Notes: a model not told the origin generated them from the sequence alone. Positions 18,933 through 28,017 are shown, counted from the stretch's first letter. The stretch: DNA of 47,488 bases from Chthonomonadales bacterium (GCA_038217285.1 JBBQPO010000014.1:1-47488), one strand, 5' to 3'. Numbers and translations: made by a program.

Positions 18933-20246
18933 CTATTCGTCGTCGTTATCGGTAATGGCGGGCATCGGAAGACGACGACGGCGTTCCGGCGGCAGCAGAC
19001 GCTCGATGGTATCGTCCACCGTGATGATGCCGAGCAGGCGCTCATCGTCGCTGACGACCGGTACGGCGAGCAGATTGTACCGACCGATGATCTGGGCCAC
19101 CTGATCGGCGTGATCCTCCACATAGACATGAATGACGTTGCGCACCATGATGTCGGATATATGCGTCTCGGGCGGTGCGATGACCAGATCGCGCAGGCTC
19201 AGAACTCCCACCAGTCGGCTCTCGTCATCCACGACGTAGACATAGTATATCGTCTCTGCTTTGGGGGCGAGGTCGCGCAGGCGATCAATCGTCTGCGCAC
19301 AGGAGAGATTCGCCTCGATCCCGACATATTCGGTCGTCATCAGGCCCCCTGCGGTGTCCTCATCGTAGGCCATGAGGCCCCGCACCCCTTCGGCCTCCTC
19401 AGGCTCCATCTGGTCCAGCAGTTCGTCGCTGCGGGCGTGCGGCAGATCGTCGAGCAGGTCCGCGGCTTCGTCCGGCTCCATCTGTTCCAGAATATCGGTG
19501 GCCGTGTCGTCGTCGAGAACGGTCATGATCGAAACCTGGGTTGCCGGCTCTGCCTCCGCCATCGCGTCGGCGGCCGTCTCCGGGTCCAGCGATTCGATCA
19601 CTTCCGCACCCTGCTGCGGGCTGAGTTGCTCGACGATGTCGGCGATGTCGGCGGGATGCAGGCGCGCGATCTTGTCGTGGGAGACTTTCAGCCGGATGCG
19701 CCCGCCTGCCGTGCCCGGTTCGAGCGTCTGCACGTCGTCCCAGGCGATCAGGTTGGAGCGCAGGGGATGGCGAAACAGTTTGGCGGCTCTCTCGATAGGC
19801 TTACTGATCCCGCCCAGTCGGCGCAGGGTCGCGCGCAGGCTGGCGTCCACCCCCACCACGCAGTACTGTTCCCCGCACTGCGCCAGACGGACATCGGAGA
19901 CACGCACCACCCGATAGTCCTGCACATCGACGATCTGGCGGTCCAGCACATCGCGCCGCAGACGCAGGTCCGCGTCGGCGGGCTGGTAGGGAATGATCGA
20001 GTCCAGCGATCGTTTCAGATGGATATCGCCGTAGATCTGCCCGCTGCCGGTGTGGCCTTCCGGGTCCGGCTCAAACTCCAGCAGGCCATACGGAACGCAG
20101 AACTCGCCATTGTCGGTTTTCACGATGACGGCGTTGACGGAGGGGAGTCTGCCCCCCAGCACCGCGACCGCGTCGCTGATTCTGCCTATCGATATTCCGT
20201 TGGGAGCCAACACCTTTTTGTCGAGCAGTTGCGTTAGATACTTCAT
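18933..20246 (-). CDS. MgtE intracellular-domain protein (two PRC-barrel-like, MgtE_N, CBS pair; no TM domain)
   Basis: LHPADIADIVEQL, MEPDEAADLL, YDEDTAGGLMTTEY, YNLLAVPVV, GIITVDD. Confidence 0.9.
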   Translation of the reverse strand: MKYLTQLLDKKVLAPNGISIGRISDAVAVLGGRLPSVNAVIVKTDNGEFCVPYGLLEFEPDPEGHTGSGQIYGDIHLKRSLDSIIPYQPADADLRLRRDVLDRQIVDVQDYRVVRVSDVRLAQCGEQYCVVGVDASLRATLRRLGGISKPIERAAKLFRHPLRSNLIAWDDVQTLEPGTAGGRIRLKVSHDKIARLHPADIADIVEQLSPQQGAEVIESLDPETAADAMAEAEPATQVSIMTVLDDDTATDILEQMEPDEAADLLDDLPHARSDELLDQMEPEEAEGVRGLMAYDEDTAGGLMTTEYVGIEANLSCAQTIDRLRDLAPKAETIYYVYVVDDESRLVGVLSLRDLVIAPPETHISDIMVRNVIHVYVEDHADQVAQIIGRYNLLAVPVVSDDERLLGIITVDDTIERLLPPERRRRLPMPAITDNDDE

Positions 20247-20252
20247 GGTTCT

Positions 20253-20281
20253 ATTATACAGGGCCGTGGTGTGTGCGTCAA
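20253..20281 (-). promoter_or_regulatory. Sigma70 promoter, probably giving a leaderless mRNA
   Basis: Minus strand TTGACG-17 bp-TATAAT, then only 6 nt to the ATG at 20246; no SD. Confidence 0.8.
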
Positions 20282-20294
20282 CGCCCGCCCGTTC

Positions 20295-20330
20295 AAAAAA
20301 AGGGGCCGGACGCTTGGAGGTGTCCGGCCA
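20295..20330 (-). terminator. Intrinsic terminator
   Basis: Minus strand GGCCGGAC(A)...(C)GTCCGGCC-CC-TTTTTTT. Confidence 0.85.
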
Positions 20331-20392
20331 GTGACCGTTCAAAGAACGATCAAAACGAGAAATGGGTGATCGTCGCTCGGAGAGTGAGCACG
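20295..20392 (-). ncRNA. Candidate small RNA (~100 nt)
   Basis: Lies between a TACTAT -10 (20397-20402) and the terminator; hairpins with C-rich loops; no credible ORF. Confidence 0.4.
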
Positions 20393-20396
20393 ATCT

Positions 20397-20453
20397 ATAG
20401 TATGGAGCCTCTCTGTTAAGCCTGTGTTAAGAAACGATTAAGTTTTAATTAAC
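20397..20453 (-). promoter_or_regulatory. Four 11-bp-phased (C/G)TTAA(C/T) boxes (Pho-box/OmpR-family-like) plus -10 element
   Basis: Plus-strand hexamers start at 20415, 20426, 20437 and 20448; minus-strand TACTAT at 20397-20402. Confidence 0.65.
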
Positions 20454-22026
20454 TTATCGGAGGCTCCATCTCAAGCTCTTTCTTCAAGAGGCGCTTGACG
20501 ACTTTGCCGGTTCCTCCGCGTGGGAGGCTCTCTCGGAAAAGGATAGACCTGGGGACTTTGTAGTTGGCGAGGCGTTCGCGGCAGAAGGCGATCAGTTCGC
20601 GCTCGGTGGCCGCGGCCTGCGGTTTCAGCACCACGACAGCGGTCACCTCTTCGCCGCGCAGCGCGTCGGGCAGACCGATCACGGCGACATCCGCGACGGA
20701 GGGATGATGGTATAGCACCTCTTCGACCTCACGCGGGTAGACGTTCAGGCCGCCAACGAGGATCATGTCCTTTTTGCGATCAAGGATATAGACGTAGCCG
20801 TCGCTGTCGATCGTGCCGATGTCGCCGGTGTGGTACCAGCCGCCGCGCATGGCCTCTGCGGTGGCTTCCGGCTGGTTCAGATAGCCGAGCATGACGTTGT
20901 CGCCGCGCACGACGATTTCGCCCATGCCGTCGGTCGGGACGGGGTTGTCGTCGTCATCGAATATGGCGATCTCGACATCGGGCAGCGGCAGGCCGACACT
21001 ACCGACTTTGCGCACACCGTGCAGGGGATTGACGGAGGTCGCGGGGCTGCACTCGGTCGGCCCATCGCCTTCGAGGACTGGCAGATGGAAGCGGGACTCA
21101 AGCGCGTGCAGGGTCGGCGCAGGCAACGGAGCGCCCCCGGAGACGAGGATGCGGAGCTTCGCTAGATCGTAGACGCGGTCCGACGGGAACTGCAGCAGGC
21201 TGTGAAAGATCGCGGGCACGCCGCAGAGGATCGAGACGCCGTGCCGCTCCATCGTTTCAAAGGCGCGGGCAGGCGCAAAGCTCTCCATCAGGACACTGGC
21301 AGCTCCGACAGCGAGCGCGGTGTGCATACAGACGGTGCCCGCAAAGGCATGAAACAGCGGTAGGATCGTGATGAATCGATCGTCCGGGTAGAAGTTAAAG
21401 GCAACCTGCACCTGCTCGACGTTCCGCATCAAATTGTGGTGCGAGAGCATCGCGCCTTTCGGATAGCCGGTCGTGCCGGAGGTATAGATGATGACGGCGC
21501 AGTCCTGCGTATTTCGATTCGGCGCTTCCGGAGTCGCGCCGGTCGCGAGACTGCCCGCGCCCAGCCGCATCAGGTCCTGCAGCGCGACGAACCCCGGCAC
21601 CGTATCCGCGACCGATGGATCCGGCATCTCCTCTCGTGCGAGTACGCTGATGATGTGGCGCAGTCCGGGCAGGGTCTGCCGCGCCGCCTGCACCACCGGA
21701 AGGAGTTGCGGCACCGTGACGATGGCGCGCAGATCGCAGTCCCGCCAGATATAGGCCAACTCGGCAGGTTTGAGCAGGGGGTTGGACGGTACGACGACCG
21801 CTCCGATCATCGCAGCAGCATAGTAGGCGTAGACGAACGGCGGACAGTTGGGCAGCAGCAGACCGATGCGCTCCCCCGGCTCGATGCCCAATGTCCGAAA
21901 GCCTGCCGCCAGTCGCCGCACCGCAACCGCCATCTCTCCGAAGGAGGTCGGGTGGTCGCGAAAAATGAGGGCGACCCGTTCCGGATAGTCCCTTTCTCCC
22001 CGCTCAATAATGTCCGTCAGAAGCAT
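20449..22026 (-). CDS. Long-chain fatty acid--CoA ligase (AMP-binding); in frame with the upstream citrate synthase-like ORF
   Basis: YTSGTTGYPKG, GPTECSP, YHTGD, DRKKD, VYPREVE, TGKV; internal start MLLTDII. Confidence 0.9.
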   Translation of the reverse strand: MLLTDIIERGERDYPERVALIFRDHPTSFGEMAVAVRRLAAGFRTLGIEPGERIGLLLPNCPPFVYAYYAAAMIGAVVVPSNPLLKPAELAYIWRDCDLRAIVTVPQLLPVVQAARQTLPGLRHIISVLAREEMPDPSVADTVPGFVALQDLMRLGAGSLATGATPEAPNRNTQDCAVIIYTSGTTGYPKGAMLSHHNLMRNVEQVQVAFNFYPDDRFITILPLFHAFAGTVCMHTALAVGAASVLMESFAPARAFETMERHGVSILCGVPAIFHSLLQFPSDRVYDLAKLRILVSGGAPLPAPTLHALESRFHLPVLEGDGPTECSPATSVNPLHGVRKVGSVGLPLPDVEIAIFDDDDNPVPTDGMGEIVVRGDNVMLGYLNQPEATAEAMRGGWYHTGDIGTIDSDGYVYILDRKKDMILVGGLNVYPREVEEVLYHHPSVADVAVIGLPDALRGEEVTAVVVLKPQAAATERELIAFCRERLANYKVPRSILFRESLPRGGTGKVVKRLLKKELEMEPPIS

Positions 22027-23382
22027 CTTTGGTTCTCTCTCTACAACGCAGATTCGTCCCTGTATGTTGCTCGTCTCCCCCGGCTCTTCCTCCCTCTCCA
22101 TCAGGATGCGGCCGAACTTCCCTTGTCGAGGGGACGGCAACATTCCTGTGTAGTGAGCGCGGGGACGAATGAGATGATCGGCTTGAACCTGCTCGATGGT
22201 GTGCGCGAGCCAGCCGATTGTTCGTCCCAGCGCAAACAGCGTCATCGGAGATCCGCCCGGCAGTTCCAGGGCGGCGCAGAGGGTTACGAGCGCAAAATCT
22301 ATGTTGGGCCTTGCATCCAACGCCGAGTGAACGGCCTCTGTCAGAGCTGCAGCCAACTGTACGCCCGGCGATTTCGGATAGGCGGCGGTGACGCGTTCCA
22401 GCAGCAGTTTGCCGCGTGGATCCCCTTCCGGATAGAGGGGGTGTCCGAAACCGGGCACACTCTCTCCACGACGGATGCGTTGCGAAATCGTGTTGCGTGC
22501 CTGCAGTGGTCTGCCGGTCTCCTGAAAGAGCGCTTCCACGCGGGCGGACATCCCGCCATGCTTGACGCCCTGCAGAGCCGCCAGCCCTCCATTGACGACA
22601 GCATAGGGCGTAGAACCTGCCGAGGCGATACAACGTGCCGTAAAGGTGGAGACGTTGAGTTCATGGTCCGCGCAGAGGATGAGAGCTGTCGTGAAGAGCG
22701 GCGCCGCCTGGGGCTGGTGTGGAACCCACGCGCGCCGCAACAAGGCAGCGATTCCTTCCGATTCCCTGAAGTGGCTTTGCCCTGTTGCCAGCAGGGCCAT
22801 GCGCCACAGAATCCGCGCGCCCGTGAGGGCCATCGGGCCGGGCCGAAAATCGAAGGCCGCCAGATCCTCCTCTGCCAGGAGAGGCAACAGCGCCTGACAG
22901 CGTTCTATCGGCGTAACGTCGCCGAGAAGGGACTCAATCGCCCGGAGGTGCGGCGGTAAGGAGGGCAGTGCCTGCGCAAAGAGCGTCTCCGCCGCCGTCT
23001 CCTCTCCTGTCCACAACAACGCCGCGACCTGTTCTACGGAGCGTTCGCCGGCAAGGTCGAGCGCGTCCTGACCGCGATAGTAGAAGCGCCCTGCCTCGAT
23101 CAGTGTCAGGGCGGAGGCCAGCGTCGGCGCGCCCCAGTGCAGCGCCGTATCGACGACCTTCTGCGGATCACGCCGCATCTCCTGACGTTCTTTGAGCCGC
23201 TGTACATCCTCCACAGGATACCGCCGCGTCCGCTTCTTGCCCGGATCCGCGAACTCTGACCGCAGTAGGCCCCTGCTGACATAGGAATAGAGCGTCGCAA
23301 GCGTGACACCCAGTTCTTGTGCGACTTCAGCCGCACTCATGTAACTGCCGACGTTCTGTCTGTTTGTGTCTTTGCTCATCAT
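22027..23382 (-). CDS. HTH (excisionase/MerR-like)-citrate synthase family protein; no stop before the acyl-CoA ligase
   Basis: MSAAEVAQELGVTLATLYSYVSRG; ADHELNVSTF, KHGG, PGFGHPLY, PNIDF, RPRAHY. Confidence 0.88.
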
Positions 23383-23486
23383 CCTGCCTGTTTTTACGTT
23401 GATTACGGAATCAAGATTGACAACGTGTCTGTGCCTGCTCCATATTCTAACCGGAAGTACCCCTATCATGCAAGAGGAGGAACACG

Positions 23487-24632
23487 ATGGTGGCAGTCGC
23501 ACAGAGGAAGGCGGGTTTAGAGGGAGTGGTCGCGGCGGAAACGCGTCTGAGCGGCGTCGATGGGCAGGCCGGGGAGCTGGTAATCGCCGGGTTTGCTGTC
23601 GAAGAACTGGCGCCGCAAGCGACCTTCGAGGAGGTTGTCTTTCTCCTCTGGGAGGATGCGCTGCCCGATGCCGTCCAACTTTCGGAGTTTCGGCAGGCCT
23701 TCGGTCGGCAGAGAACCCTGCCGCAGATCACCCTGGAGGTACTGAAAGCGGCGGCAGCCGCAAAGGCTCCCGCCATGGACGCTTTGCGTATGGCTGCTGG
23801 CACGCTCAGCCTGGACGCGGAACAGACCAGAAATGCCGGTTGGGACAACGAAGCGGTGAGGCTCACGGCAGCCTTTCCGATCATCGTCGCTGCCTATTGG
23901 CGGCTGCTCAACGACAGATTGCCGATAGCGCCACGTGCGGATCTGAGCCACGCCGCCAACTACCTCTATATGCTCAACGGCGAAGAACCCACATCTGCCC
24001 AGACGCGCGCCCTCGATACCTATCTGAACACCGTGGTGGATCACGGCCTGAACGCCTCGACCTTCGCCGCCCGCGTCATCATCGCGACGCAGTCCGATCT
24101 GGTCTCCGCTATCGTCGGCGCTGTCGGCGCGCTGAAAGGGCCTCTGCACGGTGGCGCTCCGGGACCGGCGCTGGAGATGGTGTTCGAAATCGGGAGGGAG
24201 GAGGCCGCCGAAGCCTATCTGCGCGAGAAACTGGAACGCGGAGAGCGACTGATGGGCTTCGGGCATCGTATCTATAAAGTGCGGGATCCCCGCGCCGATG
24301 TGCTGGCGAGAGCGGCGGAACAGTTGTTCCGCACCGACGGAGACAGGGCTCTCTACGCACTGGCGCTGCATGTGGAGCAGACCGCCTTACGCCTGTTGGA
24401 AGAGTACAAGCCGGGACGCCATCTGCAGACGAACGTGGAGTTTTACACAGCGTTGCTGCTGCATGGCCTGGATCTACCGACAGAACTGTTCACGCCTACC
24501 TTCGCCCTCGGCAGAGTGGCTGGGTGGATCGCGCACTGTTTCGAACAGCAGCGCCTCCACCGGATCATCCGTCCCCAGTCCGTCTATGTCGGTGAGCGCG
24601 ATCGGCCATGGATATCCATCCAAGCGCGTTGA
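23487..24632 (+). CDS. Citrate synthase / 2-methylcitrate synthase
   Basis: GLEGVVAAET, DHGLNASTF, GPLHGGA, GFGHRIYKVRDPRA, NVEFY. Confidence 0.93.
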   Translation: MVAVAQRKAGLEGVVAAETRLSGVDGQAGELVIAGFAVEELAPQATFEEVVFLLWEDALPDAVQLSEFRQAFGRQRTLPQITLEVLKAAAAAKAPAMDALRMAAGTLSLDAEQTRNAGWDNEAVRLTAAFPIIVAAYWRLLNDRLPIAPRADLSHAANYLYMLNGEEPTSAQTRALDTYLNTVVDHGLNASTFAARVIIATQSDLVSAIVGAVGALKGPLHGGAPGPALEMVFEIGREEAAEAYLREKLERGERLMGFGHRIYKVRDPRADVLARAAEQLFRTDGDRALYALALHVEQTALRLLEEYKPGRHLQTNVEFYTALLLHGLDLPTELFTPTFALGRVAGWIAHCFEQQRLHRIIRPQSVYVGERDRPWISIQAR

Positions 24633-24762
24633 TCCGGACCCGTGATCTGCAAAATCCGTGCGGACGTGAGCGCACCGCACAGTAGCCATCAGCGCATACG
24701 ACGCTATGTCAAGAGGCGACTTCCTGCGGCGCGACCTATTGTGTGGAGGAGAAAAATCAACC

Positions 24763-25581
24763 ATGTCGATACAATATTCACATGTTCCGGATGTTGACCA
24801 GATCGCAAATCCATTCTTCCAGGAGGCAGTGCAGGCTCATGTGGAGAAATATGTGGCGCAATTCGGTGATCGCCTGACAGCCGTGTATGTATGGGGAAGC
24901 GTTTATCGAAACGAGGCGGTTCCCGGCGTCTCGGATCTCGATCTGGACGTATTTGTCAACGATCCCCTTACCGAAGCGGATGAGGTCTGGTATAACCGTA
25001 TGCGAGACGTTTTGGCGCAGTCCTACCCCGGTACCAACGCTCTCGTCCGGCCTCGTGTCGCAGGGAGTGTCCTGCAGGGGCTTGAGCCTCAAGCGCGTGA
25101 AGGGGAGCGTCTGCTGGCACAAGCCTACACGTTTCGTCTCTCCTATGATGCCGCGCTTGTCTGGGGGCGCAACCTCTTACCAGGGGGGTCTCCTCCCGTT
25201 CCGGACCGATCCTGGGTGCGGGGGAGCCTGGAACCGATCCGGGCTCTTGTGCGATACGCGGCACGACTGGAAGCGGTGAACCGCTCTGACTTCGATCTGC
25301 CAAACGACGCAGCATTACGCCTGCGAAAATTCGCCCGATTGGGCGTTCTGGCTGGCGCACACCTGCTGATGGCGCAGGGCGTTTTTACTTCGTTTCGAGG
25401 AGATGTGGTTCTACCAAAACTACGGCATCAGTATCCGGCATGGCATCCGTTTCTGGAGGAGACGGCAGCGCTGTATATCCACCCCTTACCCACGGTCGAG
25501 CAACGATCATCTGCCTACCTGGCCCTCTTGGTGGAATGGGTCGAGTGGGTTGCCAATCAAGTCAGGGAAACATCGGCGTAA
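24763..25581 (+). CDS. Nucleotidyltransferase (Pol-beta superfamily) domain protein
   Basis: WGSVYRNEAVPGVSDLDL (GS...SDxD) plus a helical C-terminal domain; GGAGGA RBS. Confidence 0.75.
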   Translation: MSIQYSHVPDVDQIANPFFQEAVQAHVEKYVAQFGDRLTAVYVWGSVYRNEAVPGVSDLDLDVFVNDPLTEADEVWYNRMRDVLAQSYPGTNALVRPRVAGSVLQGLEPQAREGERLLAQAYTFRLSYDAALVWGRNLLPGGSPPVPDRSWVRGSLEPIRALVRYAARLEAVNRSDFDLPNDAALRLRKFARLGVLAGAHLLMAQGVFTSFRGDVVLPKLRHQYPAWHPFLEETAALYIHPLPTVEQRSSAYLALLVEWVEWVANQVRETSA

Positions 25582-25702
25582 AGACGTCTGAAAAACGCGG
25601 CGTCCTCTGGTTCAAACTCGTTGAGGTCGAAGCCGAAGCGATTGTCAGCACGTCGTCTTTCTAAACAAGAGGCTTCCGAAGGCCGGCACCAGTCCGGCCC
25701 CT

Positions 25703-26311
25703 TCAACTTCGGCCATTGTGCGGGAGCGCGGCGGCATAGTCTTGCGGCGTCATGCCGAACACCAGCGTATCGTGAAGCACGCCGGTCGTATCGCGCTGGT
25801 CGTTGCGTATGGTGCCTTCCGGTACGAAACCCAGGCGGCGCGGAATAGCCGCACTGCGATGATTGCTCGCCCCGCAGCGGATGAACACACGATTGGCGGC
25901 CAGATCGTCAAAGGCGAATCGACATAGACGCCAGGCCGCCTCGGTCATATAACCGTTTCCTACCGCCGTATGCCGCAGCCAGTATCCGATCTCGAAGGAG
26001 GGCACCTCCCAGTTGATCCGGTGCAGGCCGCTGCCGCCGAGATAACGTCCGGTCTCGCGATCCCAAACCCCGAGCGCCAGGTCTTCGCGTAAAATCCATT
26101 TCGCCTGCCACTTTCGGACGAGCGCTTCGGAGTCGGCGGGAGTGCCGTGTTGATCCCCCCACGGCATCCACGGTAGTATATGCTCCCGCGATTCGTTCAC
26201 AGCCTCCCAGAGCGCCTGGCCATCCCCGGCTTGATACGGACGAAGCAGAACGCGCTCACCGAGCAGTTGGGCGGGCAGTTCGCGCAATATGGGTGGTAGT
26301 TCGTTTGGCAT
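25703..26311 (-). CDS. GNAT N-acetyltransferase, RimJ/RimL family
   Basis: EIGYWL, GNGYMTEA, NHRSAAIPRRLGFVPEG; GGAGGT RBS before MPNEL. Confidence 0.92.
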   Translation of the reverse strand: MPNELPPILRELPAQLLGERVLLRPYQAGDGQALWEAVNESREHILPWMPWGDQHGTPADSEALVRKWQAKWILREDLALGVWDRETGRYLGGSGLHRINWEVPSFEIGYWLRHTAVGNGYMTEAAWRLCRFAFDDLAANRVFIRCGASNHRSAAIPRRLGFVPEGTIRNDQRDTTGVLHDTLVFGMTPQDYAAALPHNGRS

Positions 26312-26434
26312 GAGAGAAGAGACCTCCTTGAACATGGCTTCGGTGTTCCTGCCGCACAAGTTGTGCGTTTCGACAGCTCCGTTCCACCATTGACAGCAGC
26401 GAACCGCCTTTCGTTGCCGTAGTCCGCAATCACC

Positions 26435-26702
26435 CTTATCTTGTCCCTTAAGTCGCCGCCCCTCAAGGAGCGGCCTGTTGGGGAAGGGGAAGGCCCATAA
26501 ATGGGCCTGGGAGGGTTGAAAGGGAGAGCAAATCTCTCCACCGGGGAGGGCCGACACCCTGTTTCCTTGCGCAATCGCCCCGGCTCACGTCGGACCCAGC
26601 TCCCTTTAGGGGGCTTACCGCCTCAGACCGCTCCTTGAGGGGCGGGGAGTAAAGTGCGAAGCGGTCGTTCCTGGTTAAGGCAAATCTAAGGGACAAGAGA
26701 AG
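26435..26702. mobile_element. Non-autonomous MITE (268 bp) with 16-bp TIRs and a 10-bp target-site duplication
   Basis: Left TIR CTTATCTTGTCCCTTA (26435-26450), right TAAGGGACAAGAGAAG (26687-26702), 15/16 complementary; CGCAATCACC repeated at 26425-26434 and 26703-26712. Confidence 0.88.
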
Positions 26703-26913
26703 CGCAATCACCGAGGAGGGTTACAACCCACTTCTCATTCTTCTTCGATCCCGCACCCTCTGACTTCAGGCGTTCTGGTTGGACTGCTCCTGTGAAGGGA
26801 GTACTCTGGACTTCGCTAATCAGCATGATGACTCTGAGGGCCATCTTACGGTCATGCTCAACCCAACACTTCAGATCCTCAAAAGCGTTGGCGTCAAATT
26901 TCAAGTTGGGCAT
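26686..26913 (-). pseudogene. yoeB: Truncated Txe/YoeB family toxin
   Basis: Resembles YoeB up to TPFTG..QPERLK, then lacks WSRRI/HRLVY and the C-terminal residues; stop lies inside the MITE. Confidence 0.75.
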
Positions 26914-27103
26914 GGACGTCCTCAAGCGAAATACCACCCATGCGTTCTTTAGCCTCGAACAGCCAGCGTTTCATATTCTGACTGTGCAACAGATAGGCCG
27001 TCTCACGTTCCGACTCGATTTCGCGCCAGAGCGTGATCGGCACGATGACTCCGACATTATTGCCGTCGGCATCTGAAATATACTGGATTTCCGTTGTACT
27101 CAT
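26894..27103 (-). CDS. Type II antitoxin (YefM-like partner of YoeB)
   Basis: 69 aa with a RETAYLL motif; overlaps the toxin start. Confidence 0.75.
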   Translation of the reverse strand: MSTTEIQYISDADGNNVGVIVPITLWREIESERETAYLLHSQNMKRWLFEAKERMGGISLEDVHAQLEI

Positions 27104-27153
27104 GGGATCACTTTCTTCCTGTCTCGAAGTACCTGTTGCTTTCCACTTGCTCT

Positions 27154-27921
27154 TCAAGGCTCCAGCGGAGGCTCGATGAACGGCGTTTCCGGTGTAGCAC
27201 TTTCGCGGGCGAGTGCCTGGAGTTTGGGATAGGTGGGGCAGATATCGGTGAGAGGACAGAGGGAACAGAGGGGCTTGATGGCTTTGCAGACCTGGCGCCC
27301 GTGCGTGATGAGGGCGACATGGAAACGGAAGGTCTGTTCCGGCAGGATCTGCGCCTGAAGCGCGTCGTGCGCCTTATCCTCCCCGATCCGCTTTTCGATC
27401 AGGCCGAGCCGCCATGCGACACGGAAGACGTGGGTATCGACCGGCAGGACGGGCCGCCCCATCGCGAAGCAGAGGACGATGCCCGCCGTCTTCGGGCCAA
27501 CGCCAGGCAGACGGCGCAGCCAGGCACGCGCATCGGCGTCGTTCATCTCGTGGAGAAAGTCGAGCGACAACGTACCGCGCTCCTCCTGGAGATGCCGCAG
27601 GACGTTTTGAATACGTGGGGCTTTCGTGTCCGCGAGGCCGCCGCTCCGAATGGTATCTGCCAGCACCGCTACCGGCGCGTCCAGGACCCTCTGCATTGTC
27701 GGGAAGCGACGCTTCAACTGCTCGAAGGCACGGAAGGAGTTGGTGTCGGAGGTGTTTTGGGAGAGGATGCAGGCGACGAGCTCTTCCAGCGGATCCTGGC
27801 GCGGCGTCCAGTCGGGCACGCCGTAGACTGCCTCCAACCGCTCCAGTATCGTGCCGATCCGATCCTCGTCCGGGACGGAATTTCCGGGAATCGCCTCCCG
27901 CACAGTGACATCGTGTCTCAT
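27154..27921 (-). CDS. nth: Endonuclease III family HhH-GPD DNA glycosylase
   Basis: ILSQNTSD, LPGVGPKTA, VDTHVFR, C-x6-C-x2-C-x5-C Fe-S motif. Confidence 0.9.
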   Translation of the reverse strand: MRHDVTVREAIPGNSVPDEDRIGTILERLEAVYGVPDWTPRQDPLEELVACILSQNTSDTNSFRAFEQLKRRFPTMQRVLDAPVAVLADTIRSGGLADTKAPRIQNVLRHLQEERGTLSLDFLHEMNDADARAWLRRLPGVGPKTAGIVLCFAMGRPVLPVDTHVFRVAWRLGLIEKRIGEDKAHDALQAQILPEQTFRFHVALITHGRQVCKAIKPLCSLCPLTDICPTYPKLQALARESATPETPFIEPPLEP

Positions 27922-27978
27922 CGCGTTATGCCCATTTCAAAATTTCAAAACGATAGAGTTAATTGCAAGCGAGCGAAA

Positions 27979-28017
27979 GCAATGGCCCTCTTCGTATCGA
28001 GGGAAGAGGGCCATCGC
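27979..28017 (-). terminator. Hairpin downstream of secA
   Basis: ATGGCCCTCTTC (27982-27993)/GAAGAGGGCCAT (28003-28014) stem; weak U-tract. Confidence 0.6.

Noticed and set aside
20247-20450. Mg-sensing (M-box) riboswitch upstream of the MgtE-like gene
   Set aside because: No M-box consensus was recognised, and the gene has its own promoter downstream of the terminator.
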